Assembly: GCA_964199315.1 (NCBI GenBank)
Contig: OZ116702.1
Coordinates: 20,522,001-20,586,000, forward strand
DNA from: Orbicella franksi
Lineage: Eukaryota
Direction: 5' to 3'
Length of the DNA: 64,000 bases
The position numbers and the translations under genes are program-made. The notes under the pieces are model-generated. The model was not told the origin of the DNA. It saw nothing but the letters and a program-made list of their open reading frames with translations, and did not search any database. This document shows positions 57,747 through 64,000 of this stretch, one piece after another (position 1 is the first letter of the stretch; the number at the start of each line of letters is the position of its first letter).

Positions 57747-60001
57747 GAACTCCGCTTTTAGGCTTGACTAAATCTTTATATTATGAGTGGCCGTTCTGTG
57801 TGGGTAGCTACAACAATGGCGAGCCCAATTTTGGAGGATTTCAAGCTGCACATGCAAAATCCATATTATGTGTAGGGGTTAACAGTGCGTTCACCTAAAA
57901 AGCGAATATTCATAAGATCAACTTTATAAGCACACTGTAGCTTTTTTAAAATAATTCACGCCTAAAAATGTTACAGACTTTCCAGTAAAACCGTGAACAC
58001 CACCAAAAAAGTTCCAGTGTATCAATGCTAATGAATCTTTCGAATAAAATTGTTAATATTATCAGGCATGCATGGTTAACGTTTTAAAAAAACCTATTAA
58101 GCCGTTTTCAAGATTTTCGAAAAAACGCTTAAAATAGAAAATTGTTCTAAATTTATTATGGAAGTGACCTTGAGAAAAAGTCTCGTTCTAGAGATCAAGA
58201 AAATACAAATCAACAAAACTCTCACGGCTTCAAAACAGAACTTTAAGACACATTTTGGTGTCTTTTGGAGCAATTTCATTAAAATAGCGTTCTCCTTTCA
58301 GTCCATTTAAGTTCATTAACCAAAAAAGCACGGTTTAAAATGTTTTTGCGACTTATTCGAAATCAACCATACAGAATTGTTTTATTCTTGCATATTCCCC
58401 TTGCCATACATCTTAATTTCAGAAATTGGCATCAGATTTTCCACAACAGAGCTGGTTCGTACAAAATTCATGCTTTACCGATTTTCATATTTTTGGTTTC
58501 TCGTTTCCATGGAAATATCGATTACCTTACAAAACACATTCAACCAAACTTCAATCTTTTTCCAAAAACTTGTTTTATTTCCACGTATCGATCAGAGTAA
58601 GGGAAGGCTGGTAAAACGCCAATTGAAAATGCTAGGTATGGTCCAGAAAAAAAAACTGTATCGAACCATCTTAATCCATGTTGCGGTTTGGGGGTTATCT
58701 TTTTACAGTTTCATCTCCCATCTGATTGGTCGCGAAACAATAAACATTCCAGAAATTTTCTCTGGTGTTCTCGAAACCAAAGTTAAAAAATTGCGGAAAA
58801 CCTGAAAGTCAGCCGGAAAGAAATTTAGAATAAATGGTTCTCTTAAATCAATAATTAACCGCAAGACTGGCGAAGGCTTATACACAGCCTTTTAATAACG
58901 TGTTTAAGATTTGGTGTCACTGAAGCAAGACAAGACAAGACAAGATAATTGCTGCCGCAGTGAGTGAGCCTGAAGCGAACGAACGAGACAGCTAATCGGG
59001 AAAAGGTCACATTGTATTGGCCTTGAACACGTTTCTGCGAAGCGCAAGGAATTGTGGTTATGCGCGAATGGAAGAATTGTGATGCGCAGTCTGATCTTGT
59101 GCTCTTTCTCGTGTATCGTTGGTCGCAGTGTAAGTGACAGTTTTCTGCTGTGTGTATTGCTATTTTTGGCGCTTCTTTTATCGTTCCTCTTTTCTTTGTA
59201 AACTTAGTCTGCGCTGTTTTCCATGTGCTCTAGGTAAAGGTAAGGTAAACTTTACTTGATAAAGTAATCGATCGATGAAACTGAATGAGGAAGAAAGCTA
59301 TCGGTAACAACAAGAACATCAGTCCAGAATATCACTCTTGTGGAGTCTCATCTAATACTATAACAGAAGTCATTTGAAAAATTACAGAAACGAAGAGGTT
59401 AGTGTAGGTCAAAGGCGCCCGCCGCCGGATAGAGAACCAAGTCAGTTCAAAATTTTATCGTCAGCTTACCGTAAGTGTTAAAGGTCTCAAAACCAGAAAT
59501 GTAGAGGTAAACCAGTTGTAATCACTCGTTGAAAAGGTTCAACGTTATATTGTTCTATTGATGATGTTTAACTGTGTCAATTGCCACAACAGCAAGCAAA
59601 ATTTTTATTTTTAACCAGGCATCTGTTTTATAGTTTGAAGCAGAGTTCCCTCTCAGCAAGTGTTATTTGCGATCTGTTGAAGTTAAAATCATTTTAAAAA
59701 TCACAGATTGTAGTGGTACCGTTTATATTTTTTTATCTGCACAACTGTAGTCAACATTTTGGAAATCACACGGGGGAAGAATATACTTCATTCCAGTCCT
59801 TCGCAAAATACGGCTTGTTGCTGTTATTTAAAATCTCGAACTGGAAGTTATTCATCCGTGACCTAAAACCTTCTGGAATGTTCTATTTCTCAAGTAATGT
59901 TGGAATTTAGAAACCTTGCACTAATGCTATTTTTAAATTCTTTAGAAAAGTTTCCTGAAAATTCCGGTTGTACTTGTATAAGAGGGCCGTCGATAAAACC
60001 A

Positions 60002-60056
60002 GGAACATAGAACATTTCGGAACATTCCGGAACATTCCGGAACATCCCGGAACATC
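60002..60056. repeat. 10-bp tandem repeat (ggaacattcc)-like, ~5 units
   Basis: ggaacatagaacatttcggaacattccggaacattccggaacatcccggaacat. Confidence 0.8.
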
Positions 60057-60901
60057 GAATAATTATCATAATTACGAGAAAAATATGTAAAATAAAATTT
60101 TAAAAAATTAAATCAAGCAAAAATAAACTGGTATCAGCTCGGAAAATAGAAAAAAACAAAAACATAAAAAAGGAAAAAAGAAAGAAAAAGGAAAGTGACT
60201 GCAATGAGTGAAGGCTAGCAACTAAGAAGAGTAATCCATTCCTTCCAGTCGTTCACCGTCAGTTTAATCACGTGACTGTCCTTTATTCCCAGATTTCGTT
60301 CTTCACAAAACACTAAGGTGGTGGCGTTCGAACTCCTTAATTAGACCTAAAAGTATGGGTACACGAGTATGATTTCTTTATTCAATTCATTTCGTCAATA
60401 CGAAGATATACGTATACACGATTTCTCATGAAGAAATAGTTTCTCCATGAGATAGAAATAGAAACTCTTCGGTGTCGAGTTTCTTGTCTAAACTAGTTCT
60501 GACTGCTCGACCTCTGATGATAGTGTAAACAAATACAAACACAAAATTTAAAAACATTTGGCGACGCGCGCGCTGTCTTGCGGAGTCGCTGGTCAAAACT
60601 TCATTGTCTCTAGAAATATTTGTTACAAGTGTTGGCGATCTGAAATTGAATTCTAAGTGTCGCCAACAGTTCAAATGCATCTCCTGGAAAATGTTTGTCC
60701 GGTACAAGTTAATACTTAATTAATTCAAAATACTTTTACCGCAGGTTATAATCTATTCATCGCAAGTTCCACTTCACGTGCAGATCGTTATCTGACATTC
60801 GATCAAACTTAGTTTTCTATCGAGCTATTCGAACACCACCAAAGTAAACCAGACATGCGAAAACCTCGCGTGAACGCGTTGCTCTATAAATCTTTGATTA
60901 C

Positions 60902-61017
60902 TGTGAACATATCAGGTTTTGAGCATGCGCAGTAGGAGGAGACAGAATATACACGTGTGCTTGTACTCGTTAGCTGGAATAAAAAGTTATCCTTCTGATC
61001 TCTGCCATAACATTACA
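60902..61017 (+). repeat. Putative short 5' LTR of the Gypsy element
   Basis: Ends in ACA immediately before the PBS and contains aataaa. The TGT start at 60902 is a best guess because the 3' LTR lies outside the window. Confidence 0.5.
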
Positions 61018-61035
61018 TGGTGTCAGAAGTGGGAT
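61018..61035 (+). promoter_or_regulatory. Primer-binding site (tRNA-Leu type)
   Basis: TGGTGTCAGAAGTGGGAT is complementary to the 3' end of eukaryotic tRNA-Leu(CAA). Confidence 0.85.
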
Positions 61036-61137
61036 CGCGAAGTAACCAAACATACCATTTAGCTCGATACACTGGAGAAGGTGGAAGAGTGAAGTAATTT
61101 CCGAACGACACGTGTACGATCGATTCAAGAAAACAAC

Positions 61138-64000
61138 ATGGACGCCAGCGCCTCATTCATTGACAAGGGTCCAACCATGGACTGGAGCACGGATGAAAAC
61201 CTATACTCACGCTTCAAAATGTGGAAACAACGCTGTGAACTGCTCTTTACGGGGCCGATGGCCAAAATTGACGAAGAAATTCATTGTAAGCACCTGCTTT
61301 ACTGGGCCGGTGAGCACGGCTTGGAGCTGTTCAACAGCTGGGGCCTCTCGGCAGACGAACAAAAGAAACTGGAAAACTACTGGAAGAAATTCGAAAACTA
61401 CGTGAAACCTCACTCAAACGAGCTGATCGCCGCCTGGGAGCTACACAATCCTCGACAAGGTACACTATCGTTAGAAGAATTTATTGCAAAGCTTAGAATC
61501 CTTGTCAAAGAAGCCAACTATCCATCGGAACATCATGATCGATTCTTGAGAGACTTCCTTGTACTCGGCATGAATTCAGACCATGTCAGAAAGGAGTGTT
61601 TCAAAGAAGCAAATGCTCTGACATTTAGTAAAGCTAGAGAAATGGCAAAAGCAGACGAATCAGCAGACAAGCAGCTTCAGCTAATGAACCCAGTAGTGTC
61701 AGCAGTACACCCTGTTAGCTCAACCAGGAGAAACCAATTCCAAAGCGACCAGCTGAACCCAGTAGCCGGTGGATCAAGGCAAAACCCAAAAGGCAACAAG
61801 TCAGGAAAAACGCAGCTCTGCAGGAATTGTGGTTGGGGCCCTCACTCTCATGAACAGTGCCCAGCAAGAAATGCAACGTGCCATTACTGCCAAAAGGTGG
61901 GACACCTTGCCAAGGTATGCTTTTCAAAACTTAAAAAGAAGGATGTGCATGAGATTGAAGCTACTAGTAATAACAATGCCATACCTGAGTCAGAGCCTAC
62001 CCAATCATTAGATGATTATGTGTTCCTGGGCCCAATTGAAGCAACACCCCTGGCCATGAGTGTAAACGTTGTATCCTGTAGAGAAAAGGCTCTGCTAGAA
62101 GTCTCCTTGGCACTGAAGCCAGAAGGAAAACAAATGAATGCACTCTGTAAGATAGACTCAGGTGCTGAAACAAACATTATACCCAAGTCCCTATACAAGC
62201 AACTAAGCCCTGAGACACTAAGCTTACAACAACCTACAGTGAAGTTAACTGCTTATGGTGGAGCCGAGATCCCAAATCTTGGATCTTGCCAAATATATGT
62301 GAAGGGTCCTAACAATTCCAACCCCAGAGTTATCCAAGCAGAAGTTGTTGACGTTGATGGCCCTGCCATAATTGGTAACATGTCTGCACAAGATCTGAAC
62401 CTCCTAAAGCTCAACTGGCCAGTCACAGCCAGCACAAATACAACCACCCAGAATGTTGCACAAAGTGAAAAGCCCATGCCCAATGCAAATACTGTCAAAC
62501 TATTTGACATCAGAGGCAAACAACACCCCTTCCCACTGACAAAGGACTATTTGTTGGAAGAATATCAGGATATCTTTACAGGAATTGGCTGCTTTCCAGG
62601 ACCCCCGTACCACATCGAAACTAACCCTGACATTCCCCCAGTACAGCATGCTCCAAGACAGGTTCCAGTACAACTACAGAAAGCCTACATAGAAGAGCTA
62701 GACCAGTTAAAAGAATCTGGAATTCTGGTTGAGGTCCAAGATGAATATACCCCTTGGGTTAACTCTGCTGTGGTCACCATCAAACCCAACGGGTCGATCC
62801 GTCTGTGCTTGGACCCTCGGAATCTCAATAAAGCAATCAAGCGCAACCCCTACTATGTGAGAACCATAGATGATGTGATACCGAAAGTCAGCGGCTCCAC
62901 CCACTTCAGTATCCTTGATGCACGCAGTGGATTTTGGCAAGTTAGTCTTGACGAGGAAAGCAGTAGGCTGTGCACCTTTAACACCCCATGGGGAAAGCAT
63001 AGATGGACAAGACTTCCATTTGGCCTTACGTGCAGTGGAGATGTGTTTCAAGAAAAAATGGATATGGTCTTTGGCAGACTTGAAGGGCTCAGCGGTATTG
63101 CAGATGACACATTTGTCTATGGCACGGGCGAAGCACAACATGATCAGCACATACTAACTGTCCTTGACACAGCAAGAGAGAACAATGTGAGATTTAACCC
63201 GGACAAATTCCAGTTTAAAGTGAAGGAAGCATCCTTCTTCGGGCTCACATGGACCCCCGACGGGATCCGCCCTGGCAAAACCAAAATCAAAGCAATCCGT
63301 GATATGCCATCCCCGAAGAACCTTACAGAGCTGCAGTGCTTTTTGGGCATGATTAACTACCTGAACAGGTTCTCACCCATTCTAGCCCAAGTGTCAGAAC
63401 CTGTGCGACAGCTGATGAAAAAAGATGTACCATTCGTGTGGCAACCAGAACACCAAAGGGCATTCCAGAACCTCAAACAAGCAATCACTGAAGTACCAGT
63501 CCTAGCCTATTACGACCCAGAAAAGGAGAACCTAATCCAGTCTGATGCAAGCCTTAAAGGCATTGGATGTGTGTTGACGCAAGAGGGCAAACCAGTGTGC
63601 TATGCCAGTCGATCACTAACTGAAACTGAGTCTCGATACAGCAACATAGAGCGAGAGTTACTCGCTGCCTGTTGGTCGCTTGAAAAGCTTAACCATTACG
63701 TATTTGGTAAGGTGGTCATCGAAACTGACCACAAGCCGCTCGAAAGCATCTGGAAGAAGAGCATATCGAGCGCACCACCACGCCTTCAGAGGCTCCTACT
63801 TAAAATGGCCAAATACAACGTGGAGATCAGGTACATTCAAGGAAAAAGCAACGTGATAGTAGACGCCCTTTCCAGGATTAGCCACATGGAGCCCCCTGCA
63901 GAAGACAACGAAGTCCCCGTGGTGGAACTGGACACAATCTCTCGAACACTGCCAGCCAGCCCTGCCAAACTAGATGAAGTACGAGAGTACACTGATCAAG
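61138..64000 (+). CDS. Ty3/Gypsy gag-pol polyprotein, open to the window end
   Basis: Single uninterrupted frame (absent from the track, presumably because it runs off the end). Gag; Cys/His knuckles (CRNCGWGPHSHEQC, CHYCQKVGHLAKVC); protease KIDSGA; RT (LDARSGFWQ, RLPFG, GIADD); RNase H (QSDAS, YSNIERELLA, ETDHKPL). Confidence 0.95.
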   Translation, partial: MDASASFIDKGPTMDWSTDENLYSRFKMWKQRCELLFTGPMAKIDEEIHCKHLLYWAGEHGLELFNSWGLSADEQKKLENYWKKFENYVKPHSNELIAAWELHNPRQGTLSLEEFIAKLRILVKEANYPSEHHDRFLRDFLVLGMNSDHVRKECFKEANALTFSKAREMAKADESADKQLQLMNPVVSAVHPVSSTRRNQFQSDQLNPVAGGSRQNPKGNKSGKTQLCRNCGWGPHSHEQCPARNATCHYCQKVGHLAKVCFSKLKKKDVHEIEATSNNNAIPESEPTQSLDDYVFLGPIEATPLAMSVNVVSCREKALLEVSLALKPEGKQMNALCKIDSGAETNIIPKSLYKQLSPETLSLQQPTVKLTAYGGAEIPNLGSCQIYVKGPNNSNPRVIQAEVVDVDGPAIIGNMSAQDLNLLKLNWPVTASTNTTTQNVAQSEKPMPNANTVKLFDIRGKQHPFPLTKDYLLEEYQDIFTGIGCFPGPPYHIETNPDIPPVQHAPRQVPVQLQKAYIEELDQLKESGILVEVQDEYTPWVNSAVVTIKPNGSIRLCLDPRNLNKAIKRNPYYVRTIDDVIPKVSGSTHFSILDARSGFWQVSLDEESSRLCTFNTPWGKHRWTRLPFGLTCSGDVFQEKMDMVFGRLEGLSGIADDTFVYGTGEAQHDQHILTVLDTARENNVRFNPDKFQFKVKEASFFGLTWTPDGIRPGKTKIKAIRDMPSPKNLTELQCFLGMINYLNRFSPILAQVSEPVRQLMKKDVPFVWQPEHQRAFQNLKQAITEVPVLAYYDPEKENLIQSDASLKGIGCVLTQEGKPVCYASRSLTETESRYSNIERELLAACWSLEKLNHYVFGKVVIETDHKPLESIWKKSISSAPPRLQRLLLKMAKYNVEIRYIQGKSNVIVDALSRISHMEPPAEDNEVPVVELDTISRTLPASPAKLDEVREYTDQ

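Noticed and set aside
60002-60056. Possible CRISPR-like array
   Set aside because: Contiguous 10-bp tandem units with no spacers, in a eukaryotic context. No CRISPR array was seen anywhere in the window.

Overview
AT-rich, spliced eukaryotic DNA. The repeat families and class C GPCR suggest a cnidarian, probably a stony coral (inference). The supplied ORF track shows only exon fragments; gene models here were assembled by hand from splice signals and reading frames. The first 31.5 kb holds four adjacent genes with no recognisable globular domain, each starting with a small signal-peptide exon followed by a phase-1 intron. Three are on + and encode Cys-poor low-complexity proteins with Lys/His/Arg-rich tails. 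Two of these are Gly/Met/Gln-rich, and one carries an internally duplicated [QMQQQAM segment + (GGM)n + basic tail] module. The fourth, on -, is a micro-exon-built basic protein with a short KR-terminated propeptide. Downstream are a 4-exon mGluR/CaSR-like class C GPCR (+) and an intronless MFSD6-like transporter (-). The TE-dense tail contains an ISL2EU-type element (THAP-DDE transposase + degraded YqaJ exonuclease) nested in a deleted Kolobok-type element that abuts a Harbinger-type MITE, then the 5' part of an intact Ty3/Gypsy element. Also present: many MITEs, two short LINE-tail insertions with TSDs, two copies of a tRNA-cored repeat with inverted duplications, and a 130-N gap. The best candidate for an undescribed system is the secreted low-complexity gene cluster.
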